Source: Candidatus Methanomethylophilaceae archaeon
GTDB taxonomy: Archaea > Thermoplasmatota > Thermoplasmata > Methanomassiliicoccales > Methanomethylophilaceae
DNA: 38,563 bases
Direction of reading: 5' to 3'
Assembly: GCA_035271005.1 (NCBI GenBank)
Contig: DATESF010000011.1
Coordinates: 1-38,563, forward strand
In this document: positions 7,290 through 15,815 of the stretch, piece after piece
Numbering within the stretch: the first letter of the stretch is position 1
How the letters are laid out: each line of letters starts with the position of its first letter
The notes under the pieces: model-generated
Told to the model about the DNA's origin: nothing
The model's database searches: none
Seen by the model: the letters and a program-made list of their open reading frames with translations, nothing else
Made by a program: the position numbers and the translations under genes

Positions 7290-8182
7290 TGGCTACACCT
7301 CATTTCAAAGACCTTCTCCGCCGCATGGACGGTGTTGGCCATAAGCATACATATTGTCATCGGGCCGACACCACCTGGTACAGGAGTTATCGCCGATGCT
7401 TTCTCTTTCACAGTTTCGAAATCTACGTCACCTACGAGACGAGTTCCGCTCTTTTTAGTTGAATCTGGAATATGATTGGTTCCGACGTCTATAACGACGG
7501 CTCCTTCTTTTATCATGTCTTCAGTGATGAACTTTGCCTTACCGATGGCAACAATCAGTATATCGGCTTGACGAGTGAATGAGGCTATATCCTCAGTTCT
7601 TGAATGAACTATAGTAACCGTAGAATTAGCACCTTCAGATTTTTGCATCATCATTGCAGCCATAGGTTTTCCTACGATGTTGCTTCTTCCCACGATGACC
7701 ACGTGTTTGCCTTTCGTTTCTACGCTAGAACGAATGAGCATCTGCTGAACTCCTGCAGGCGTCGCTGGAAGAAAATAAGGTTCTCCGACTAACATCCGTC
7801 CGACATTGGAGGGGTGAAAACAATCAACGTCTTTCAATGGATCTATTGCATCGATTATTGCGTGTTCGTCTATGTGTTTAGGTAACGGTAATTGTACCAA
7901 ATAACCATGAATGTTAGGATTCTTGTTTAATTCGTCTACTTTAGCAAGAAGTTCGGCCTGTGTTGTGGCCTCTGGCATGATGAATGTGTCAGAATGCATG
8001 TTAAGCTCTTGACACTTTTTTCCTTTCATACTAACGTAGGTTTGAGATGCAGGATCATCACCTACTAAAACCACGCCTAGGCCTGGCGTAATCCCTTTTA
8101 TTTTAAGCGCCGCTATTCTAGCTTCAAGCTCTCCGTAGATCTCCTTGGAGACTTCTTTGCCTAGAATCAAATCGGCGGTCAT
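7286..8182 (-). CDS. folD: Bifunctional 5,10-methylene-tetrahydrofolate dehydrogenase / 5,10-methenyl-tetrahydrofolate cyclohydrolase
   Basis: 298 aa with PGLGVVLVGDDPASQTYV..K, HGYLVQLPLP, VVIVGRSNIVGKP and PVPGGVGPMT. This is a full-length FolD pattern. Confidence 0.95.
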   Translation of the reverse strand: MTADLILGKEVSKEIYGELEARIAALKIKGITPGLGVVLVGDDPASQTYVSMKGKKCQELNMHSDTFIMPEATTQAELLAKVDELNKNPNIHGYLVQLPLPKHIDEHAIIDAIDPLKDVDCFHPSNVGRMLVGEPYFLPATPAGVQQMLIRSSVETKGKHVVIVGRSNIVGKPMAAMMMQKSEGANSTVTIVHSRTEDIASFTRQADILIVAIGKAKFITEDMIKEGAVVIDVGTNHIPDSTKKSGTRLVGDVDFETVKEKASAITPVPGGVGPMTICMLMANTVHAAEKVFEMRCSQ

Positions 8183-8211
8183 AGTATCCTTGAACGAACC
8201 GCGCTTTATAT

Positions 8212-9024
8212 TTATTCCCTTAATGCGCGCGAGAAATTTTCTACTGCTTCCGGGATAGTTTCTGCTTTGAAACCATTGTCTAAAATCTGACTTATCACTT
8301 GTCTAACGTTTTCTTTATTTTTTTCGATGCCTTCTTTTGACATACGTCCGTTTTCAATACATTCAGTCATGTGCCAGCTATGAGTAGCTAAAACAAATAT
8401 TCCGTTTTTTACTGACGATGCCATTTCTATATAATCGGAAGGAACGCGTTTACCTTCATGCATCGGCCATAGATATCCTACAATTTTATTTCCTTTCTTA
8501 TCTAAACTTACTGGCACAGGTACTTCGATCAATCCATCGATCTCGTAAGGAGCCATACGATCTTCTAGAATTTTATAGTTCGAAGAATCGTATTTAATTC
8601 CTATTTCTCTAAGTATGTTAGGTACTTCAGGAGACATCTTCATGTACGGCATCCTAGAACATCTGGGTCTTACGCCTAATACGTCCGTGATAGTATCGCG
8701 GGATTTTACTAAAATCTCCTTTTTACCGCCAGGTGGAAACGTTTCCGTAAAATCTTCGTGATCAAAACCATGTATGCCTACTTCACGACCAGTTAATGAT
8801 TGAGCACCTATATTCATCAGAGTCCTTCCCTCTGCGAAATATGTTGCCTTAACGCCCATCTCGTCAAGCATGTTCGTAAGAATATCAAGCCCCTGGGCAG
8901 AAGAGCTATATCTAGGCGATGTGCCAGATCCTATATCTGTCGAGCCTGCTTGACTCATTCCCGATATGGGAATATTTACATCCCTATCGACATCCACCGT
9001 TAGGCAGAATGAACGCATACTCAC
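8212..9024 (-). CDS. Polysaccharide deacetylase (CE4/NodB-like) family protein
   Basis: 270 aa with CE4-like motifs: FCLTVDVDRD (metal/acid motif 1), GIHGFDHEDF (His motif 2), RMPYM (motif 3) and LATHSWH (motif 5). The GTG at 9024 overlaps the AMP phosphorylase stop (GTGA). An alternative ATG is at 9018. Confidence 0.7.
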   Translation of the reverse strand: MSMRSFCLTVDVDRDVNIPISGMSQAGSTDIGSGTSPRYSSSAQGLDILTNMLDEMGVKATYFAEGRTLMNIGAQSLTGREVGIHGFDHEDFTETFPPGGKKEILVKSRDTITDVLGVRPRCSRMPYMKMSPEVPNILREIGIKYDSSNYKILEDRMAPYEIDGLIEVPVPVSLDKKGNKIVGYLWPMHEGKRVPSDYIEMASSVKNGIFVLATHSWHMTECIENGRMSKEGIEKNKENVRQVISQILDNGFKAETIPEAVENFSRALRE

Positions 9025-10532
9025 ATCAAGTTAGGTGCTGTGACGTGTTTTATCAACATTCCTTCAATCTCTATAGGGTTGTGTCTTTCAGCTATTTCTA
9101 CGGCACGTTTCAACTTGGATTCGTTGTCGGCGTATAATTCGAATAAAACACTTCCTAATTCGACTCTCTGGCCTTTCTTACGGTACAACAGTATACCAGC
9201 ACCCTTGTCATTGGGGGAACCTGTGGCTCTAGCAATTATCACCATATTCTTGTTGTTGATATTGTGAACGTAACCGCTCTTAGTCGAACGAATCTCGGCC
9301 ATATATTTTCCTGGTTTGAGATCGTCAGATTTGATATCGTAGTTACCGTCCTGAGCCTGAACTATTTCTCTAAATTTCTTCATGGCTGCGCCAGAATCTA
9401 AAAGTTCTCTGGCTTTTGCGGCTCCGTTACGTATGCCACCCATTTCAAGAATTATACCTGCAAGATCGCAAGCCTTCTCTACTACGCTTGAAGGGTGTCC
9501 TGCGCCTTCTAAGATACGGATACATTCTCTAGCCTCTAAGTTCGGGCCTATTGCACTGCCGACAGGTTGGTCAGCGTATGTAATAGCGCACTCAATGTGC
9601 ATACCCAGCTTTTCGCCTAGATCCATGAAATCTCTAGCATATGCTCTAGCAGATTCTATAGTCGGAACTTTTGTTCCAGATCCCATGGGTATATCCATCA
9701 AAAGATATTCAGCGCCTATAGCAAGTTTTTTACTAAGTATCGAGGCGAGCATCTGCGGCCTTGGATTTATTCCTAGAGGATGCTCTATCTTGATCACTAA
9801 ATCATCTACTGGTGCAAGATTCATAGCGCCTCCCCATGCCAATGCACCGCCTGTGGTTTCAGCAACTTCTTTTAGACGTTCGGCTGGAAGTGCCACATTA
9901 CAAAATGTCTCTACAAAATCCGATGTTCCGCAAGCACTGCTTATAGCACGTGATGACGTTTTTGGTAACATCAATCCAGCAGCAGCCACTATGGATACGA
10001 CGATAGGCGTTACCTTGTTCCCAGGAACTCCGCCCATACTGTGGAAATCGAATATTGGTTTTCTATCGAATGCGATACGTTCTCCTGTGTCCACCATAGC
10101 TGTGGCGAAATCTGCGATCTCATCGATACACATCCCGTTTATGTATAGTGCCGTAAGCCAAGCTGACACTTCTATTTTTGATAGTTTATTATCTAAAATA
10201 TCTTGGACGATTCCGAAAATTTCTTCCTTTGATAAAAATTCATTGTCCATCTTTTTACGAATACTACGCACAGATTCAGGAGCTGAAGAGAACTGAACTG
10301 AGACTTCTTCGCCCTCTTTTGTGCCTACGGTAGCAATCGTCTTGGCGGGCATAAGAATTGTGCCACGCTTAACCAAAGTATCTGATCTACTTACCAGAAC
10401 TGTGGCTACGCCTTTACCTTCTATCCTTACTCTATCGTTCTCTTTTACTCCGAGTTCTATGCAATCGTCGTCATGTAAGAGTACCGTCGGTTCTGACGAA
10501 TCGACGTCATAATATTTTACTATCAGATTCAT
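9021..10532 (-). CDS. deoA: AMP phosphorylase (thymidine-phosphorylase family, archaeal DeoA type)
   Basis: 503 aa. The N-terminal extra domain (LIVKYYDVDSSEPTVLLH.) is followed by a glycosyltransferase family-3 core (HSMGGVPGNKVTP, SSRAISSACGT.D) and a C-terminal alpha/beta domain. Its position between rbcL and the R15P isomerase matches the known AMP pathway cluster. Confidence 0.9.
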   Translation of the reverse strand: MNLIVKYYDVDSSEPTVLLHDDDCIELGVKENDRVRIEGKGVATVLVSRSDTLVKRGTILMPAKTIATVGTKEGEEVSVQFSSAPESVRSIRKKMDNEFLSKEEIFGIVQDILDNKLSKIEVSAWLTALYINGMCIDEIADFATAMVDTGERIAFDRKPIFDFHSMGGVPGNKVTPIVVSIVAAAGLMLPKTSSRAISSACGTSDFVETFCNVALPAERLKEVAETTGGALAWGGAMNLAPVDDLVIKIEHPLGINPRPQMLASILSKKLAIGAEYLLMDIPMGSGTKVPTIESARAYARDFMDLGEKLGMHIECAITYADQPVGSAIGPNLEARECIRILEGAGHPSSVVEKACDLAGIILEMGGIRNGAAKARELLDSGAAMKKFREIVQAQDGNYDIKSDDLKPGKYMAEIRSTKSGYVHNINNKNMVIIARATGSPNDKGAGILLYRKKGQRVELGSVLFELYADNESKLKRAVEIAERHNPIEIEGMLIKHVTAPNLM

Positions 10533-11770
10533 TCTCTAATACCCCATTTCTCTATCGCCTGTGCAAGCTCCTTGTGAGTCTCGGCATATTTCTCGATGGT
10601 TGAGCCATTGTATATCGCGGTAGCTGCCTGGGACATTGCTATGGCGCCACTTCTTACCCCGCCCGGGTGTCCTGCAATGCCTCCTCCGGCCTGTATCTGA
10701 ACATTGAATCCTGTTTCTTTAAGCATTTTGCCAAGCATTCCCGGGAATACGCCGCCTGAACACACTGGCATAACAGTCCTGTAAGGCATTGATGGGTCCA
10801 TACATGCATGGAGATTGTTACGGTCACCCTGTATGTCACCGGCCATCTTACCTGCACCTAATGTGCCTATGTGTAAAGCGTCCCCGCCACACATTCTTAC
10901 CATTTTGACTATTGGCAACATTGCGATACCGTGTCTTGGATTTTTGGTCATAGCGCCGTGCATAGTTCTGTGTACATGTATCGGAATTTTAATCGAAGGA
11001 TCTTCCGAAAGAGCCTGAACAGCTGAGAAACCACATGTTATAACGTCAACCATAAGCTGTCTGGCACCCCAACTCTGTGCATTCTCCGCGACTTCCAGAA
11101 TTTTGTCACCGTTAGTACTAACGTTTATTGCATGAATCATCTTCTGGCCCTCGCTAGCTAATCTATCCAATGATTCCGCTATTGCTATCGTACGTTCCTG
11201 AATCGGACAGAATTTTTGATTTACTAAGGTCTCGTCGTCCTTACTGTTGGTAAGTCCACCTGCACCGGCTTCGTAAACGTACTCTGCTGTTTCCTTAGGT
11301 GAAAGTCCGATCTTCGGTTTTACTATTGTTCCTATAAGAGGCTTTTCAGGACGCCCTACTAATTTTCTGATTCCGTCAGCTCCAAATCTAGGTCCTCTGA
11401 ACATAGAACGGATACTCCTTGGGAACTGAATGTCCTCGAATCGAACTTCTTTCAAAGCGTCAAGTCCAAACAAGTTTCCTGCTACTACACTGAGCACCTG
11501 TGGGATTCCGCCTATGTCTATGCTAAAATCAACGTCAGGGAAAGCTATTGTGATTAGGTCTCCTTCTATTGCTATAACTCGAGCACCATACTTTCTCATT
11601 GTGCTTTCTGAAAGTGTGGATAACTCAGTCCATGTTCCTGTGGACTGTTCTGCCGCTATAGCTTCTGCGGCCTTTTCCATTGTCAAGTCCGTAGTCACTC
11701 GATATTTGCAGACCATATCTGTTGCTGGATCTGCTTCCTCTCCTAAATGTAAATATGAAAATTTTGTCAT
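10529..11770 (-). CDS. rbcL: Ribulose-1,5-bisphosphate carboxylase large subunit, archaeal form III
   Basis: 413 aa with AAEQSTGTW, GLTNSKDDE (the carbamylated-Lys region), HVHRTMHGA and QAGGGIAGHPGG. No small-subunit gene and no phosphoribulokinase gene lie nearby. Confidence 0.95.
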   Translation of the reverse strand: MTKFSYLHLGEEADPATDMVCKYRVTTDLTMEKAAEAIAAEQSTGTWTELSTLSESTMRKYGARVIAIEGDLITIAFPDVDFSIDIGGIPQVLSVVAGNLFGLDALKEVRFEDIQFPRSIRSMFRGPRFGADGIRKLVGRPEKPLIGTIVKPKIGLSPKETAEYVYEAGAGGLTNSKDDETLVNQKFCPIQERTIAIAESLDRLASEGQKMIHAINVSTNGDKILEVAENAQSWGARQLMVDVITCGFSAVQALSEDPSIKIPIHVHRTMHGAMTKNPRHGIAMLPIVKMVRMCGGDALHIGTLGAGKMAGDIQGDRNNLHACMDPSMPYRTVMPVCSGGVFPGMLGKMLKETGFNVQIQAGGGIAGHPGGVRSGAIAMSQAATAIYNGSTIEKYAETHKELAQAIEKWGIRE

Positions 11771-11774
11771 TTTA

Positions 11775-12707
11775 TCACTCCTCTAATATATTCTCACCCA
11801 GTTGTCTTATCATTACATCGTAGACTGAACCGGGATGTATCATGCCTACGTTGGTTATTATTGCGTCAATATAAGCTGCCGGAGTGCTGTCAAACACTGG
11901 ATTGAATGTTTTTACAATGTCCGGTATCTCGCCTTTTTTGACGACTTCGTCTCTGCAACGTTCCTCGATGTCACAGGTCTCGCCAAATATCGTGGCTGAA
12001 GAGAACTTGTATGTTTCACTGCAGACACAAAATTGAACTCTGGCCTCATGGGCTGCCAACGCTATCTGCGAAGTTCCTATTTTATTGATTAATACCCCAT
12101 GAGATGTTATAGTGTCTGCTCCAACCAGCACCATATCCACTTTCTCCATTACCAAACGCACGGCACTGTCAATTATCAGAGTTGTATCAATACCAGCCTC
12201 TGCCAGTTCTTTAACCGTTAGAATTCCCTGTCTCCAGGGACGAGATTCAGTTGCGTATACTTTGAACTCTATGCCCCGTTTGTGAGCCTCTTTGAGTATT
12301 CCTATTACTGCACTGCTATTGCAATGAGTCATGATGACGTCTCCAGATTTTATTTGGTTCGCGCCAATCCGGGCTATCTTTTCTACAGCTTTGGAAGATA
12401 TTTCTACAAACTCTTCAGCGTTAGAGATAACGATTTCCCTGGCTTCCTGCAGGGTCTTCGCTGACGAGAGTCCCCTCATAGTAAATTTTACTCCGTTCCA
12501 TAATGAAACTGCAGTCGGACGGGATGCACAAAGTATATCGGAGTTCTTCCTGAGATCGTTACAGAATTCTTTCAAAGATGTACCTTTATAATCTCTTGCA
12601 AAGTCTCCCATTGATGACGCTGCTGCGCGAGCTATTCTTCCAGCTCCGCGTATGGTCATGTTTTGGATGGACTTCGCAGTTTTTTCAATACTTCCTGTCA
12701 CGCTCAC
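11775..12707 (-). CDS. Ribose-1,5-bisphosphate isomerase (eIF-2B alpha/beta/delta-like family)
   Basis: 310 aa. IQNMTIRGAGRIARAAA at the N-terminus and VLVGADTITSHG.LINKIGT are e2b2-family blocks. It is adjacent to rbcL. GTG start. Confidence 0.85.
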   Translation of the reverse strand: MSVTGSIEKTAKSIQNMTIRGAGRIARAAASSMGDFARDYKGTSLKEFCNDLRKNSDILCASRPTAVSLWNGVKFTMRGLSSAKTLQEAREIVISNAEEFVEISSKAVEKIARIGANQIKSGDVIMTHCNSSAVIGILKEAHKRGIEFKVYATESRPWRQGILTVKELAEAGIDTTLIIDSAVRLVMEKVDMVLVGADTITSHGVLINKIGTSQIALAAHEARVQFCVCSETYKFSSATIFGETCDIEERCRDEVVKKGEIPDIVKTFNPVFDSTPAAYIDAIITNVGMIHPGSVYDVMIRQLGENILEE

Positions 12708-12723
12708 CTATAATCATACCTTA

Positions 12724-13224
12724 TTATATACGTGTCTGACTCGGTATCAGAACGTGACGGACTATCTTTCGCGCATGATCAATTCCTTTAACGAGATAGA
12801 TAGCAGCTAGAAGTGCCTCAAAGGCATCTGACCTCATAGTCTCGTTTATGATTGGACGCTTGGTTACAGGATCTACGTGTCCCCCTCCCACTAACATCAA
12901 CGCATCGAACTCTATATCTGAAACTAACACTGCTTCAGAGATAATGTGGTTGCTTACGATATCCTGTTTCGCATTTGTCATCTTGCCTTCACTTAAATCA
13001 GTATTTTTAAAAATGTGTTCACATGCTATGAACTCTAGAACCGCATCACCAAGAAACTCAAGTCTTTCGTAATTACTTACGCCTTCTATTTCGTTGGAAT
13101 AACTGTCGTGAACTAACGCAGTAGAAAAAATATTTATTTCCTCCTTGGAAAGATCACGATAATTGAAGGGTGGTTTTGCAAGATACTCTCTTATTTGGCG
13201 TTTATGTCGTTTGGAAACATCCAC
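12724..13224 (-). CDS. RNase III catalytic-domain protein without a dsRBD (Mini-III-like)
   Basis: 166 aa. It has the canonical RNase III signature ERLEFLGDAVLEF and the second catalytic block RSDAFEALLAAIYL. There is no room for a dsRNA-binding domain. GTG start. Confidence 0.8.
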   Translation of the reverse strand: MDVSKRHKRQIREYLAKPPFNYRDLSKEEINIFSTALVHDSYSNEIEGVSNYERLEFLGDAVLEFIACEHIFKNTDLSEGKMTNAKQDIVSNHIISEAVLVSDIEFDALMLVGGGHVDPVTKRPIINETMRSDAFEALLAAIYLVKGIDHARKIVRHVLIPSQTRI

Positions 13225-13301
13225 AAAACGTCAACACGTTCAGATTATTTTACTGTTAAGGTCTCATTACACTTATTACCGTGTTCGTCATTCAGTATAA
13301 C

Positions 13302-14804
13302 ATGGCCCGGAAGAAGCGCGTGAGGATGAAGGGTGTAAAACACACTTCGAAAAGATTTGAGGAGGAGTTGATCGACCGTTCAAGAGAGCTTGCGATTAAC
13401 CCAGGTATACTCAGGCCTATGTGCGCTGGCAACTGCCGTAAATGCCATTTTGATAAACCGTTCAGAGATATCGAAATAATCTCTACACGTGCAGATAAAC
13501 CGGATGCCCTTAAGAAATATGCTTCCAAGGGGGATGAAATGGCTCGTGCGTACGCTGGCACTATATCTCTAGCTACTGACGGAACTGTTCCCTTACTAGC
13601 TACCGCACAACTTGGCGGAGAAAAGATCTCTTACGCTGTTAGAGGTTCCGTAGGCGCAGATAAACTCATTGGCTGTCAATATTTTAAAGATCCAAAGACT
13701 AGATTGTTATTTTACAATACGATGGTCAAAAAACACCGCTTGCATATGTACTCATTTGGCGAAGATATCGTTTGTTCGGACAAACCAAACATGCCTGAAG
13801 ATTATCTTTACGATGCGTTCTGGGAAGGACCCTATGAATTCAAAGACGATTCAATAGATTGCGGACACGATTCACTTGCATCTTTAGAGATTAAAATAAA
13901 ATCTCTTAACGAGACGGTAAAAATATGCTCTGAATGTGCAAAGGAAGTCTCAACACTACAATACATAATTTCAAGAATAGCTGCTACAGATCCACTTGAC
14001 GATATCGAAGTCTCAGTAGTCCATAAATACCGTTCTGAAGGCGAGGATGGGCGAGTAATTATCGATACAGATAGGCTAAAACAATACTCAGTTGGAGCAA
14101 TTACTGATAAGATGTTAATTAATTCGGTAATGAAGACTGGGATGAGTACTTTGAAGGGAAGCGAAACTGCAACGTACATCATAGGAAACAAGAACTTTGG
14201 TTCTGACATGGATGCCTTTGTAGATTCCCTAAAAGGGTTGGAAGCTGACCGAGATTCGTTGAGACTGTTCCTCAAAGATACACCTGTACCGATTGTCATA
14301 AGAGCTGAGAGAGTAAACGAGGCACTTTCAGCCATATGGGAATCCAATTATGCTAGAATAATTGAATTGGGTACATCTAAAGGTACAGTAGAGTCAATCG
14401 GGAACGTATCCAAAGCAGTTCCTTCTGACGCACTTGCTGACGCGAGAAAAAGATATGCGATGGCCGATATAGTCGGAGCTTTGCCTGTATTTTCTAGACC
14501 AGGGCCTATTACGGTAATGTGCGATACTCTTGCAAAGGCTGCCAAGGTCGGAGGAGCAAAGATGATTTTAAAATCTTTAGACAGAAGATTCGCCAAAGAC
14601 GAAGAATATCGATCAATTTCTGCAGCTTTCCTAGCAGTCTGTGACCCTTCGGAAAAGTATCCCTTTAAAATGTCTAAATCTGAAATCAGTTTTATGGAAT
14701 ATCTGTTGCCGTTCACAAAAATATTGATAGACTCTAAACCATCCGAATATAAGGACAACATGAACACTATGTTAACTGCCTGTAGTTCAGGGGAATCAGT
14801 TTGA
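13302..14804 (+). CDS. Hypothetical protein (500 aa) with a basic N-terminus and several Cys motifs; no family recognised
   Basis: An uninterrupted 1.5-kb frame. I prefer the ATG at 13302 (MARKKRVRMKG..) to the GTG at 13281. Features: CX3CX2C at PMCAGNCRKCH, and a later CSEC. Its 3' end overlaps trm5 convergently by 9 nt. Confidence 0.7.
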   Translation: MARKKRVRMKGVKHTSKRFEEELIDRSRELAINPGILRPMCAGNCRKCHFDKPFRDIEIISTRADKPDALKKYASKGDEMARAYAGTISLATDGTVPLLATAQLGGEKISYAVRGSVGADKLIGCQYFKDPKTRLLFYNTMVKKHRLHMYSFGEDIVCSDKPNMPEDYLYDAFWEGPYEFKDDSIDCGHDSLASLEIKIKSLNETVKICSECAKEVSTLQYIISRIAATDPLDDIEVSVVHKYRSEGEDGRVIIDTDRLKQYSVGAITDKMLINSVMKTGMSTLKGSETATYIIGNKNFGSDMDAFVDSLKGLEADRDSLRLFLKDTPVPIVIRAERVNEALSAIWESNYARIIELGTSKGTVESIGNVSKAVPSDALADARKRYAMADIVGALPVFSRPGPITVMCDTLAKAAKVGGAKMILKSLDRRFAKDEEYRSISAAFLAVCDPSEKYPFKMSKSEISFMEYLLPFTKILIDSKPSEYKDNMNTMLTACSSGESV

Positions 14805-15815
14805 TATTCTGACGTCAGCTACATAATGGGATACTAAGGGTGCAAATGACTTGACCTCGCGAATACCCAGCACCTCGTAATTATCACATACAGAGGAGAA
14901 TATCTTTTGAACGAATGCGTCCTGCTCCCCCGTAGGAAAGGTATCGTGATAATGGATTATTCCGCCTGGCTTTATCATAGAGATAGCTTTGGAAAGAAAT
15001 TCGGAAGTAGTCTGTACATAACCCATTAAGATTCTATCTGCAAACTTTTTTCCTACAATACTACGATTGTCCCCTAATATCGGGATTACTTTATTTGTTA
15101 CTTTGTTGAGTTTGATATTTTTCAAAAGAAATTGATACGAATCAGGATTCTTTTCGCATGCTAATATTACTCTGGCACTTGTGAATTTAGCTATAGGTAA
15201 TGTAAAGTATCCGATTCCTGCGAACATATCGACTACAGTTTCACCAGCACAATCTAAACCTCTCATTCTCATCCTTTCATCAGTATTTCCTGATGCGAAC
15301 ATTACTCGAGTTACGTCAAAATCGTAAAAGATCCCATTCTCAAGTCTTACGGATTCTGTAACGTTACCAAAAATTATCTCAGTGCTGGGTCTTCTGAATT
15401 CGCCCTTAATACCAGAGATATCAGCACATACTGTTTTTACTGATAAAACTTCAGCATAAACTTTCCCTATGTCGTTCTTGTAAGGAATGCAATTACTAGG
15501 CAACTTTATTATCGCTACGTCACCGACAAACTCCCACTTCGTTGGAAGCATTTCCAATACGTCAGAAGAAAGATGTGCCAGCTTATTCAATATACGTTCT
15601 TGAGGAGTCATTCTTTCCAAGGAGTGTGCTTCCGTTTCACATAACTCGAATTTTGATCCTATGGTTTCTAAGAGTTCCGAAGTTATCGGAACTAAACGAA
15701 ATTTACCTTTTTTAGATATCTTGGCAGACCTATCGGCTATGCCAGACGATATTAGCTCAGGAATTACTTCAGAAGCTAGATTCTCGGGAATCATCGCAGC
15801 TATCGTCTTCTTCAT
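14796..15815 (-). CDS. trm5: tRNA (guanine37-N1)-methyltransferase, Trm5 family (Met-10+ like)
   Basis: 339 aa. VVDMFAGIGYFTLPIAK (SAM motif), NIKLNKV..KVIPILGDNR and HYH.. align closely with archaeal Trm5b as I recall it. The length includes the N-terminal D1 domain. Its ATG overlaps the upstream stop (ATGA). Confidence 0.8.
   Translation of the reverse strand: MKKTIAAMIPENLASEVIPELISSGIADRSAKISKKGKFRLVPITSELLETIGSKFELCETEAHSLERMTPQERILNKLAHLSSDVLEMLPTKWEFVGDVAIIKLPSNCIPYKNDIGKVYAEVLSVKTVCADISGIKGEFRRPSTEIIFGNVTESVRLENGIFYDFDVTRVMFASGNTDERMRMRGLDCAGETVVDMFAGIGYFTLPIAKFTSARVILACEKNPDSYQFLLKNIKLNKVTNKVIPILGDNRSIVGKKFADRILMGYVQTTSEFLSKAISMIKPGGIIHYHDTFPTGEQDAFVQKIFSSVCDNYEVLGIREVKSFAPLVSHYVADVRISN

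Noticed and set aside
9382-10296. A 304-aa plus-strand ORF, the longest alternative ORF in the window.
   Set aside because: It lies entirely antisense to the AMP phosphorylase gene, whose frame shows full-length family homology. The antisense product is low-complexity (Ser/Ala/Pro/Ile-rich) with no motif. I treat it as a shadow ORF. The same reasoning applies to 19593-20156 (antisense to PCNA), 22746-23357 (antisense to nadC), 27374-27826 (antisense to the GltB-like gene), 29040-29585 (spanning the methylase/csl4 junction), 1567-1968 and 11430-11786.
10529-11770. RuBisCO as evidence of a Calvin-cycle (autotrophy) island.
   Set aside because: It has form III-type length and motifs. There is no small-subunit or phosphoribulokinase gene. 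It is directly flanked by AMP phosphorylase and ribose-1,5-bisphosphate isomerase, which is the established archaeal AMP / pentose-bisphosphate salvage arrangement.
13832-14767. Two abutting minus-strand ORFs (171 aa and 139 aa, same frame, separated by one stop) inside the orphan 500-aa gene. They raise the question of whether the real gene is on the minus strand.
   Set aside because: The plus-strand frame is open for 1.5 kb without interruption. It has a sensible ATG and a mixed, charged, protein-like composition. The minus-strand frame is broken by a stop and encodes Ser/Ile/Phe-rich low-complexity sequence. Because neither frame has recognisable homology, this rejection is less certain than the others.
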